This document shows positions 28,775 to 37,346 of a DNA stretch of 64,000 bases, piece by piece. The stretch covers positions 2,208,001 to 2,272,000 of the forward strand of contig CBDCSU010000006.1 in the NCBI GenBank assembly GCA_965221775.1, in the 5' to 3' direction. Below the pieces are notes generated by a model. The model did not search any database and was not told the origin of the DNA. It saw nothing but the letters and a program-made list of their open reading frames with translations. The position numbers were made by a program, and so were the translations under genes. Within the stretch, counting starts at the first letter, position 1; every line of letters starts with the position of its first letter. The DNA comes from Candidatus Latescibacterota bacterium (GTDB lineage: Bacteria; Latescibacterota; UBA2968; UBA8231).

Positions 28775-29722
28775 TCAGCGCCGGAGCCCGGGCCCCGGCA
28801 GCTTCAGCAGATTGACCCGCGCCGGCCCGTCCGCGTTCGCCAGCAGCTCGATCTGTTCCACCGTCTCCACCAGTACCGTGACCCGCCCCCGGGGGACGGG
28901 CAGGACCGGGCGGTCCCGGGTGGTGTCGGGCGGCTGGGCCTGCAGATGGCCTTCCAGTTGTTGAAGCACCTTCCCCCGAACCGCCGCCGCCATGGCCGGC
29001 CCATCGAAGCAGGTGGCCGCGAACCGTTCGATGCCGGCGCGGGCCACCGGCAGGCGCAGGCGGTCCAGGGCCAGGGCCGCCACCAGGTGCCGCAGGAGCA
29101 GGGGGAAGTCGGCCGGGGGGTGCCACTTGCGCACCAGGGGCCGCAGGGCGTCTTCGGGCAGGCTGGCGAGGAACCGGGCCCGCTCCGACACGTGCAGGTA
29201 GCGGGCGAACTCCGGCGCCGGGTCCACGGGCTCGGCCGCGCCGCCTGTTCCGGCGGCGGTCCAGGACTCCGGGACCAGCGTCGTCCAGCGTTCCAGTTCC
29301 CCCCGCCACTCGTCCAGCAGTTCCGGCCACGGCCCGCGCAGATGGGCCGCCGACTCTCGGCGCATCTCGTCGAGGGTGTTCCAGGCCCTTTCCCACCCCT
29401 GCCGGCGGAAGTCCTCCAAGTCGGCGGCGGCGAGCAGGTCGATCGCCTGCTCCACGTCGTCCCCGGCGGCGGCCTGAAGCCCCGCCTCCACGCAGGTGAA
29501 GCCCTGGCGCACCCCGGCCTCGAGGGAATCCCGGTCGATGGCGATGCCGGTGCGGTACCGGCGCGCGTGGTTCGTGGCGTGGAGGCGGAGGAAGGCCATC
29601 AGCCCGTCCTCGAGTCCGCGGGGCAGGCGGTGGTGGTCCCGTCCGAGGACCAGGACCCTGCCGAGGAAGCGGTCCGTGCCGGCCGCGATCCGGTTGAGAT
29701 CGGGGTGCGCGAGACCGGTCAT
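28775..29722 (-). CDS. Hypothetical protein, resembles C-terminal half of DUF6178-like proteins
   Basis: ATG 29722 overlaps upstream stop; motif VEAGLQAAAGDDVEQAIDLL...FRRQGW; family resemblance from memory only. Confidence 0.55.
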   Translation of the reverse strand: MTGLAHPDLNRIAAGTDRFLGRVLVLGRDHHRLPRGLEDGLMAFLRLHATNHARRYRTGIAIDRDSLEAGVRQGFTCVEAGLQAAAGDDVEQAIDLLAAADLEDFRRQGWERAWNTLDEMRRESAAHLRGPWPELLDEWRGELERWTTLVPESWTAAGTGGAAEPVDPAPEFARYLHVSERARFLASLPEDALRPLVRKWHPPADFPLLLRHLVAALALDRLRLPVARAGIERFAATCFDGPAMAAAVRGKVLQQLEGHLQAQPPDTTRDRPVLPVPRGRVTVLVETVEQIELLANADGPARVNLLKLPGPGLRR

Positions 29723-30468
29723 CCGGTGCCGTGGAGCCGGCGGGTGGCGTTGACGACGGCCGGGGCCAGGAGCTCGGGCGCCGCTTCCCACAAGGCGTCG
29801 AGGACCTCCGCCGCGGCCGGATCGGTGACGTACTCCCCGGGCCGGTCTCCGACGAATCCTTCGGTGAGGGCCTGGTAGCGGCTGACGGCGGCGACCTCGG
29901 TGCCGGGGAGGGTCCCCCCCAGGTCGAGGTCGGTGAGCCGGTCCATGACCGCCTCCTCCAGGGCCGCGGGGTCGACGGCGCGCAGCAGCGCCGCCGCCTG
30001 GTTCGGGTCGTTGAGGGCGGCGACGGCCTCGAGCCACTCCCAGGCGACGCTCGTGCGCAGGTCGGGGTTGTCGATGGGATCGAGCACGTCCCGCACGGTG
30101 CGGTCGAAGACCCGCGGCGACATGGCCCGCAGGATCGCGGGGTTGTAGCGGCCGTGGCGGGCGTCGGGGGCGGCGAGCCGGGCGAGCAGCTCGGAGGGAA
30201 GGCGGTCGACCACCTCGCGGCTGTAGGCGGGCAGACCCCGGCCGTCGGTGGCGGTCAGGGCCAGGACCTGCTCGGGGTCGGCGTCGATGGCGACGAGGGC
30301 CGCCTGCTCCTCGGCGGACCGGGACCGCAGCAGGGCGCGGGCCTCGTCGGCTCGCTCCTCGGACAGCAGGCGGTGGATCCGCCGGCTGTCGTCCGCCAGC
30401 TCGGCCAGGGTGCCGGACCAGTCGCCGGAGCGGACGATCGATCCTTCGACGCGGACGTTGTCGGCCAT
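29719..30468 (-). CDS. Hypothetical helical protein, resembles N-terminal half of DUF6178-like proteins
   Basis: Strong RBS GAAGGAGG upstream of ATG 30468; coding-like codon usage. Confidence 0.65.
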   Translation of the reverse strand: MADNVRVEGSIVRSGDWSGTLAELADDSRRIHRLLSEERADEARALLRSRSAEEQAALVAIDADPEQVLALTATDGRGLPAYSREVVDRLPSELLARLAAPDARHGRYNPAILRAMSPRVFDRTVRDVLDPIDNPDLRTSVAWEWLEAVAALNDPNQAAALLRAVDPAALEEAVMDRLTDLDLGGTLPGTEVAAVSRYQALTEGFVGDRPGEYVTDPAAAEVLDALWEAAPELLAPAVVNATRRLHGTG

Positions 30469-30519
30469 CCCACCACCTCCTTCGAAGGGGACTGCAAGGA
30501 AGAAGGTGCCGCGCCTGGA

Positions 30520-30605
30520 CAATGTCAATAAACATTTGTAAATATTGAAGTTACGGAATCCCTGTCATTTGACGGGAAGGGCTTCGGAGTCTATTTTCTA
30601 CATAT
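30520..30605. promoter_or_regulatory. AT-rich regulatory region with inverted repeat and a perfect minus-strand TTGACA
   Basis: TTGACA (rc of 30523-30528); TCAATA-N12-TATTGA; strongly AT-rich compared with the flanks. Confidence 0.5.
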
Positions 30606-30654
30606 CGCGGCAAGCTCGGACCGCAAGTTCCCCCGCTCGGTCACACCGCCCGCC

Positions 30655-31479
30655 CTACCCCTCCACACAGCGTTTCAGCTTCTCAAGTCCCTCGCGGGCC
30701 ACGGCCGCCGGACCCCTGGCGCGGTAGCCCTCGTTGAAGAGCTCCAGCGAGAGCATCCCCTCGTAGCCGATCCCCTCGAGCATGGCCACGACCCGCGGCC
30801 ACGGGGCCAGCCCGTCCCCCGGATAGACGCGGTCGGCATCGGTCACCTCCGACCGCCCCGGCGCCGCCGGGTAGTCGTTCACATGAACCAGCCCCAGGCG
30901 GCCGTTGCCGAAGTGCTCGAGTCCGAAGTGGTGGCCGCTGCCCTTGTACATGTGGAAGACATCGGTCAGCATCTGCACCCCCGGCCGTCCGCACTCCGCC
31001 GCCACCAGCAGGATCTCGCCCGTGCTTCCAAGGGTCTGCGCGATTCCCCAGTACTCCAGCAACGGGGTCACTCCAGACTTGGCGGCCAGGTCCACCAGGG
31101 CGGCGTAGCGTTCGGCCACCGGGCCCAGCTCCACGCGGCGGTCGTGGATCCCCGAGGGCGGGGCGGCCACGTGGGGGCAGGCCAGCTCGCGGGCGATCTC
31201 GAAGCAGCGGACCGCCTCCTCCAGGCCGCGGGACCGGCGGTCGTCCTCCGGCACCGCCCACTCCGGGAAGCCGATGAGGTTGACGATCGCCAGGTCCCGC
31301 TCCCGCGCCCGGGCGCGGACTTGCCGCAGGGTCCCGCCGCCGGCCACCCAGTCGTCCAGCTCCTGCGCCCACGGCTCGATGCCGTCCCAGCCGGCGTCGG
31401 CGGCGATGTCGATGGCGTCCACGATGGACAGGCCTTCGGTGCGGATGGTGCTGGTGTTCAGGCAGTAGGAGAATGGCAT
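30655..31479 (-). CDS. Sugar phosphate isomerase/epimerase (xylose isomerase-like TIM barrel)
   Basis: LNTSTIR, GWDGIEPW, LLEYWG, DVFHMY, VHVND, DRVYPGDG, SLELF. Confidence 0.9.
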   Translation of the reverse strand: MPFSYCLNTSTIRTEGLSIVDAIDIAADAGWDGIEPWAQELDDWVAGGGTLRQVRARARERDLAIVNLIGFPEWAVPEDDRRSRGLEEAVRCFEIARELACPHVAAPPSGIHDRRVELGPVAERYAALVDLAAKSGVTPLLEYWGIAQTLGSTGEILLVAAECGRPGVQMLTDVFHMYKGSGHHFGLEHFGNGRLGLVHVNDYPAAPGRSEVTDADRVYPGDGLAPWPRVVAMLEGIGYEGMLSLELFNEGYRARGPAAVAREGLEKLKRCVEG

Positions 31480-31579
31480 TTCGCATCCCTTGAGAGTGTG
31501 GTGCCGGCCGCTTGCCGCTGCCCGGCAGGTGCGCCACCTTTGGCGATGAACCTAACCTCAAGAACAGGCGGGGACTTCC

Positions 31580-32239
31580 ATGCTGAGATTCCCGGAAGAG
31601 CTCATGCTTCTCATCCTCGACGACGAGGACGGGAGGTTCGCCAGGGTGCCCGACCGCCAGCTGCGCTACGCCCTCGCCGGCGGCGTGCTGATGGACCTGG
31701 CCCTGGAGAACCGCATCGACACCGACCTCAAGCAACTCATGCTCGTCGACGCAGCCCCCCTGGGCGACAGCCTCCTCGACCCGACACTGGCCGACATCGC
31801 CGCGGCGACGGAGACCCACGACGCGCGCTTCTGGGTGGAGCGCACCGCCCTGCGCAGCGCCGAGGCCATCCGCGAGGCCGCCCTCGATCGCCTGGTGGAA
31901 CGGGGGATCCTGCAGCGCCAGGAGGACCGCTTCCTGTGGGTCTTCCGGTCGCGGCGCTACCCGGCCATCGACGACCGGGTGGAGCGGGAGGTCAAGCTGC
32001 GGATCATGGAGATCCTCTTCAGCGACGAGATCCCCACCCCGCGCGACGTCGTCATCATCGGCCTGGCCCACGCCTGCAACCTCTTCGAGCAGATCCTCTC
32101 GGCCCGCGAGGTCGAGCACATCGCCCCCCGCATCGACGAGGTGCGCCGTCTCGACCTGATCAGCCAGGCCATGTCGCAGGCGATCTCCGACATCGAGGTC
32201 TCCCTGGCCCTGGCCATGCACATGCCTCCCTACAGCTGA
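31580..32239 (+). CDS. GPP34/GOLPH3 family protein
   Basis: EELMLLILDD, ALAGGVLMDLALENRI, LVERGIL, FLWVFRSRRYP. Confidence 0.85.
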   Translation: MLRFPEELMLLILDDEDGRFARVPDRQLRYALAGGVLMDLALENRIDTDLKQLMLVDAAPLGDSLLDPTLADIAAATETHDARFWVERTALRSAEAIREAALDRLVERGILQRQEDRFLWVFRSRRYPAIDDRVEREVKLRIMEILFSDEIPTPRDVVIIGLAHACNLFEQILSAREVEHIAPRIDEVRRLDLISQAMSQAISDIEVSLALAMHMPPYS

Positions 32240-32243
32240 GAGG

Positions 32244-33518
32244 ATGGCTGACCGCCCGGAGGTGCGTCTCGGCGCCCCGGCGCGTTTCGACTGGCGCGTC
32301 GAGCGCGTTACCGACACCGCCGGGCACCGCCTCTCCGGGGGCAGCGGCGCCAGCGGCTGGGGCTACAACCAGTCCAACCTCGTTCGCTGCGGCGACGACC
32401 TCTACGCCCTGAGCTGGCGGGACGACCTCACCCTGTGCGTCTTCCGGCGGCTCTCCGCGGGGAGCTGGGAGGCGGGGCCGGTGCTGCCGCCCGTCCCGCA
32501 GAACGGCAACCTTCTGGTCGACTCCTCGGGACGGCTGCACGTCATCGGCGGCGACTGCGCCAGCTGGCACGCGCGCTTCGACGAGCCGGGGCGTCTCGAC
32601 CGCTGGGAGCTGCGCCGCCGGGTCAGCGCCGACTCCCGCTTCGGCGCCGCCATCGACGAGCGTGACCGCGTGCTCGTCGCCGGGGGGCTGCCGCGCCTCG
32701 CCTGGTACGTCCTCGACGGCTCCGCCGACTTCGCTGCCGCCGCCGAGGGCCAGATCCCCCACTCCACCGCTCGCGGATACCAGTTCGTCCTCTTCCGGGA
32801 CGGCGCCGGCCACACCTTCTGCTCCGACGACTACTTCGTCGCCGGCGACCGCTTCCCCGACCAGCGCATCACCGTGCCCGACCCGGCCACGGGCGGCACC
32901 CGCACGAAACGCACGCCCAAGGGCATCTACCCGGTCCTGAAGGCGTATTACTACTACAACCCGGATCTGCTCGGCTCTCCCGAAGACTGGCGGTGCACGC
33001 TGGTCAGCGACGTGAGCGACACCTGTGACGAGGACTCGGGGGCGCGCGGCACCACCGACCACCAGGACCTGTTCGCCGACGACGAGGGGCTGATCCACCT
33101 GGTCTACTACGAGAACCGCCAGCCGGCGCGCAGCGTGTGGGCCGCCATGGAGCAGGACGCCGCCCGCTCGCGCCTCTACCACGCCGTGGGACCGCCGGGC
33201 GGCCCCTTCCGCGCCTGGTGCCTGGGCGCCTTCAACAGCGGCCGCCTCTACCAGACCCCGGACAGACGCGTCCACTACCTGCTCACCCGGGGCCGCCGCT
33301 CGGCGGCCGAGTCGGTGTGGTACGCCGCCGGCGAGCCCGGCGACTGGGGGCGCATCAGCGAGCCGGTGAAGCTCGAGGGCATCGGCCCCCTGTGGCACCT
33401 GTTCCTCAACTCCACCCGCGCCGGCGGCACCCGCGCCGGGGTGATCGACGCGTACTGGACCGGCCCTTACGGCGGCAACAGCCACGAGGTTTTCCACGGG
33501 TGCCTGAAACCCTCGTGA
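32244..33518 (+). CDS. Hypothetical protein (probable BNR-like beta-propeller)
   Basis: Repeated D..GRLHV / D.EGLIHLVY strands; GAGAGG RBS. Confidence 0.6.
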   Translation: MADRPEVRLGAPARFDWRVERVTDTAGHRLSGGSGASGWGYNQSNLVRCGDDLYALSWRDDLTLCVFRRLSAGSWEAGPVLPPVPQNGNLLVDSSGRLHVIGGDCASWHARFDEPGRLDRWELRRRVSADSRFGAAIDERDRVLVAGGLPRLAWYVLDGSADFAAAAEGQIPHSTARGYQFVLFRDGAGHTFCSDDYFVAGDRFPDQRITVPDPATGGTRTKRTPKGIYPVLKAYYYYNPDLLGSPEDWRCTLVSDVSDTCDEDSGARGTTDHQDLFADDEGLIHLVYYENRQPARSVWAAMEQDAARSRLYHAVGPPGGPFRAWCLGAFNSGRLYQTPDRRVHYLLTRGRRSAAESVWYAAGEPGDWGRISEPVKLEGIGPLWHLFLNSTRAGGTRAGVIDAYWTGPYGGNSHEVFHGCLKPS

Positions 33519-33531
33519 AAGGTCTGCCATC

Positions 33532-34671
33532 ATGAAGGTCTGCATCGTCGGCGCCGGGATCTTCGGCATGGCCGCCGCCCTGGAGCTGCGCCGCAGGGGG
33601 CACGAGGTGACCCTCATCGAGAGCGGCGAGATCCCCAACCCGGAGGCGTCGAGCACCGACGTCTCCAAGGTGATCCGCCGCACCATGTACCCGAACGAGA
33701 TCTACGTCGAGCTGGTGACTCGGGCGGCGGCCCAGTGGCGGGAGTGGCACGAGCGCACCAGCCGCTCGATCTACTTCCAGACCGGCAAGCTGATCGCCGT
33801 GCGCGGCTTCGGACCCGACCACGAGGCCCTGACCGGCTGGGAGACCCTGAGCCGCCTGGGCAAGGACGTCACCGAGCTGACGGTGGCGGAGGTGAACCGG
33901 CGGTTCCCCCAGTTCTCCGTCGGCGCCGAGGACCGGCTCTTCCACGATCCCTGGGCCGGGTACCTGCGCAGCGGCCAGGCCCTGGCCGACCTGGCGGGGC
34001 TGGCCCGGGACTCGGGAGTGGAGATCCGCCAGAACACGCGGGTCACCGCCGTCGAGGAGACCGCTTCCGGCGCCAGGGTGAGATGGGCCTCGGAGTCCCG
34101 CGACTGGGACCGCGCGGTCGTGGCGGCCGGACCGTGGGTCGGGGAGCTGCTGCCGGCGATGAAGCCGCGGGTGCGCATCACCCGGCAGCAGATGGCCTTC
34201 TTTGCGCCGCGGGATCCCGCCCCCTTCGAGCGCGGCCGTTTCCCCGTGTGGTCGATCCTGTCGCCCGGCAACCTCTGGTACGGATTCCCGCGGCTGCCCG
34301 AGGGGTTCGTGAAGATCGCCGAGGACAGCAAGGTCGATGACGCCGCCGTCGACGTCTCGCGGGAGCCGACGCCGGAGTTCCTCGACTGGGCGCGGCAGTT
34401 CGCGGCGGAGCGCATCCCCGCCCTCGGCGCCGAGATCGTCGGCGGCCGGTCGTGCCTCTACACCAACATGGCCGACATGGAGGACGAGCAGTTCGTCATC
34501 GACTGGGCCCCGGGGTGCCAGCGGGTGCTGATCGCCGGCTGCGGTTGCGGCCACGGCTTCAAGTTCGGGGGCGCCATCGGCCCGGTGATCGCCGACGCCC
34601 TGGAGGAGAGGGAGAACCACCTCGGAGATCTGTTCAGGATCGGAAACCGTTTCGAGAAGGGAGCGGCGTGA
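33532..34671 (+). CDS. FAD-dependent oxidoreductase, sarcosine oxidase/fructosyl-amino acid oxidase-like
   Basis: IVGAGIFG, ASSTDVSKVIR, SCLYT, FVID, GHGFKFG. Confidence 0.88.
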   Translation: MKVCIVGAGIFGMAAALELRRRGHEVTLIESGEIPNPEASSTDVSKVIRRTMYPNEIYVELVTRAAAQWREWHERTSRSIYFQTGKLIAVRGFGPDHEALTGWETLSRLGKDVTELTVAEVNRRFPQFSVGAEDRLFHDPWAGYLRSGQALADLAGLARDSGVEIRQNTRVTAVEETASGARVRWASESRDWDRAVVAAGPWVGELLPAMKPRVRITRQQMAFFAPRDPAPFERGRFPVWSILSPGNLWYGFPRLPEGFVKIAEDSKVDDAAVDVSREPTPEFLDWARQFAAERIPALGAEIVGGRSCLYTNMADMEDEQFVIDWAPGCQRVLIAGCGCGHGFKFGGAIGPVIADALEERENHLGDLFRIGNRFEKGAA

Positions 34672-35678
34672 TGTCGAGCGAGGCGAGGAGGATCTACGAC
34701 GAGGCGGTGGTCATCGACGGGCTGAATGTCAGCAACTGGGAGAGCGACGCCGTCTTCGAGGGGCTGCGGGCCGGCGACGTGACCGCCATCAACGCCACGG
34801 TGGCCACGTGGGAGAACTTCGCCCAGACCATGGCCCACCTGGCGGTCTGGATGCGGCGCTTCCGCGAGCGCGACGACATCCTGCAGGTGAAGGAGACGGC
34901 CGACATCCACGCCGCCAAGAGGCTCGGAAAGACGGGGATCATCCTCGGCTTCCAGAACGCCTCGCCCATCGAGAACGAGCTCGACCGCCTGGGGCTGTTC
35001 CTGGCCCTCGGGGTGCGGGTCATCCAGCTGACCTACCACGAGACCAACCTCCTCGGCAGCGGCTGCTGGGAGCGCAACGACGCCGGCCTGAGCAACTTCG
35101 GCGTCGACGCGGTGCGCGAGATGAACCAGCTCGGCATCGTCATCGATCTGTCGCACGTCGGTCCGAAAACGACCCTGGAGGCGATCGAGGTCTCCGAGCA
35201 GCCGGTGGCCATCACCCACGCCAACGCGCTCAGCTTCTGCGGCCACCCGCGCAACAAGGAGGAGGAGGCCCTGGTGGCCCTCGCCGAGAAGGGAGGCGTG
35301 GTGGGCGCCACGTCCTTCGCCAACTTCCTTCCGAGGGGGTTCGACTCGACGGTGGAGGATTTCGTCGATGCCATCGACGACATGGTGGGGCGAATCGGCA
35401 TCGACCACGTGGCCATCGGCACCGACTCCACCCACGATCAGCCCCTCGAGTTCTGGCACTACATCGTGTCGCAGCAGGGCACGAAGTTCCCCTCCACCTT
35501 CGCCGATGGGTCGGTGCCGTACACGGAGCTGAGCTTCCAGCCGAAGGGGATGGAGACCCCGGCGGAGTTCCCCAACCTAGCGGAGGCCCTGGCCGCCCGC
35601 GGCTACGGCGCCGACGAGATCGGCAAGCTGCTGGGCGGCAACTGGCTGAGTCTCTTCGAGCGGGTGTGGAATCCGTGA
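34668..35678 (+). CDS. Membrane dipeptidase (peptidase M19) family
   Basis: VIDGL, GFQN, QLTY, IDLSHVG, THAN, HPRNK, IGTD, LGGNW. Confidence 0.9.
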   Translation: MMSSEARRIYDEAVVIDGLNVSNWESDAVFEGLRAGDVTAINATVATWENFAQTMAHLAVWMRRFRERDDILQVKETADIHAAKRLGKTGIILGFQNASPIENELDRLGLFLALGVRVIQLTYHETNLLGSGCWERNDAGLSNFGVDAVREMNQLGIVIDLSHVGPKTTLEAIEVSEQPVAITHANALSFCGHPRNKEEEALVALAEKGGVVGATSFANFLPRGFDSTVEDFVDAIDDMVGRIGIDHVAIGTDSTHDQPLEFWHYIVSQQGTKFPSTFADGSVPYTELSFQPKGMETPAEFPNLAEALAARGYGADEIGKLLGGNWLSLFERVWNP

Positions 35679-36595
35679 GGGAGGGACCGCGGAGCGAGGA
35701 CATCGCCCGCATCGGGGACCTCACCGGCCGGCGCCCCACCGGCTTCCGCCGGGCCGCCGGAGGCTATACGCCGGCGGAGCGCTGGGTAGTGGAGCTGGAA
35801 GGCGGCGACAGGGTATTCGCCAAGATCGGCGTCGATGCGGGGACGGCGGGGTGGCTGCGCGACGAGCACCGGGCCTACACCGTCCTCGCCGGGGAGTTCA
35901 TGCCCAGGCTGCGCGGGTGGGACGACGGCGAGCGGCCGCTGCTGCTCCTGGAGGACCTGAGCCGCTGCTCCTGGCCGCCCCCCTGGGACGCCTCCCGGGT
36001 CGATCAGGTGCTCGAGGCTCTGGCCGCGCTCCGGGCGGTTGATGCCGCCGGCGTCCTGCCCCCGGTGGGCGAGCTGACGGGCGGCTGGCGGCAGGTCGCC
36101 GCGGAGCCGGAACCGTTCCTGTCCCTCGGGCTGGCCACCGGGCGCTGGCTGCGCGACCACGCCCCGGTGCTGGTTGCGGCCGCGGACGAGGCGTCCCTCG
36201 ACGGGCCCTCTCCCGCCCACCTGGACGTGCGCAGCGACAACCTCTGCTTCCGCGGCGGCCGGGCGGTGCTGGTAGACTGGAACCACGCCGTGGTCGCCCA
36301 CCCGGACCTCGACATCGCCGGATGGGCGCCGAGCCTGCATGCCGAGGGTGGCCCGCCGCCGGAGGAGATCCTGCCCGGCGCGGGACCCCTGGCCGCCGTC
36401 ATCAGCGGCTACTTCGCCGACAGGGCCGGCCAGCCGGTGATCCCCACGGCGCCGCGGGTGCGCGACGTGCAGCGCCGGCAGTTGCGCACGGCCCTGCCCT
36501 GGGCGGTGCGCGCCCTGGGGCTGGCGCCCCTCGACGGACCCGCCGCCGGCGGAGAAGCGTCCCTCAACCCCATTCAAGGGAGAATGACCCCGTGA
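35675..36595 (+). CDS. Aminoglycoside phosphotransferase/choline kinase-like protein
   Basis: GTG 35675 overlapping stop; VFAK, LLLEDL, HLDVRSDN, LVDW. Confidence 0.8.
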   Translation: MREGPRSEDIARIGDLTGRRPTGFRRAAGGYTPAERWVVELEGGDRVFAKIGVDAGTAGWLRDEHRAYTVLAGEFMPRLRGWDDGERPLLLLEDLSRCSWPPPWDASRVDQVLEALAALRAVDAAGVLPPVGELTGGWRQVAAEPEPFLSLGLATGRWLRDHAPVLVAAADEASLDGPSPAHLDVRSDNLCFRGGRAVLVDWNHAVVAHPDLDIAGWAPSLHAEGGPPPEEILPGAGPLAAVISGYFADRAGQPVIPTAPRVRDVQRRQLRTALPWAVRALGLAPLDGPAAGGEASLNPIQGRMTP

Positions 36596-37161
36596 CAACC
36601 CTGCCCGAGCTGTGGCTTCCCATCGTGGTGTCGGGAGCCCTGGTCTGGATCGTCAGCGCCGTCGTGTGGATGGCGCTGCCCCACCACAAGTCCGACTACC
36701 GCGGCTTGCCCGACGAAGAGGCGGCGCGCCAGGCGCTGCAGCCGCAGGAGCTGGCGCCCGGACTCTACAACATCCCCAACCTCGCCTCGCGGGCGGCGAT
36801 GAAGGAGCCCGAGAACCAGAGGAAGTTCGCCGAGGGCCCGGTGGCGTTCATTACGGTGCTGCCCAAGGGGGACCCGGCCATGGCCCGCCAGATGGTGACC
36901 ACCTTCGTCTACTTCCTCGTCGCCGGGGCCGCCGTGGCCTACGTCACCGGCCGCGCCCTCGGGCCCGGAGCCGAGTCGATGGCGGTCTTCCGCCTGGCCG
37001 GCGCCGTGGCCTGGCTTCTCTACGGCTGGGGGCGCGTCCTGGAGTCGGTGTGGTTCGGCGTGCCGTGGTCCCAGCAGGTCAAGCAGCTCTTCGACGCCCT
37101 GCTGTATGCCCTGGTGACCGCCGCCGTCTTCTCCTGGCTGTGGCCGGCCATGGGCGGGTAG
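36592..37161 (+). CDS. Hypothetical membrane protein
   Basis: GTG 36592; LWLPIVVSG...WMALPHHKSD, about 4 TM helices. Confidence 0.75.
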   Translation: MTTLPELWLPIVVSGALVWIVSAVVWMALPHHKSDYRGLPDEEAARQALQPQELAPGLYNIPNLASRAAMKEPENQRKFAEGPVAFITVLPKGDPAMARQMVTTFVYFLVAGAAVAYVTGRALGPGAESMAVFRLAGAVAWLLYGWGRVLESVWFGVPWSQQVKQLFDALLYALVTAAVFSWLWPAMGG

Positions 37162-37346
37162 GCGCCCATGGCGCCGCGCGGGGTCTCGATGCTGACCTGG
37201 GCCCCGGCCCCGGCGGCCAGGGCCGGAAACAGCAGCAGGGAGGAGGCGGCCGGTTCGTCCATCGTGCGGCGCCGGCCTATCCTTTGCCCGCGGCTGTCAG
37301 AGGGTCCCACATACGCAGGAACCAGAGGCAAGGCGAGGAGCGCAAG

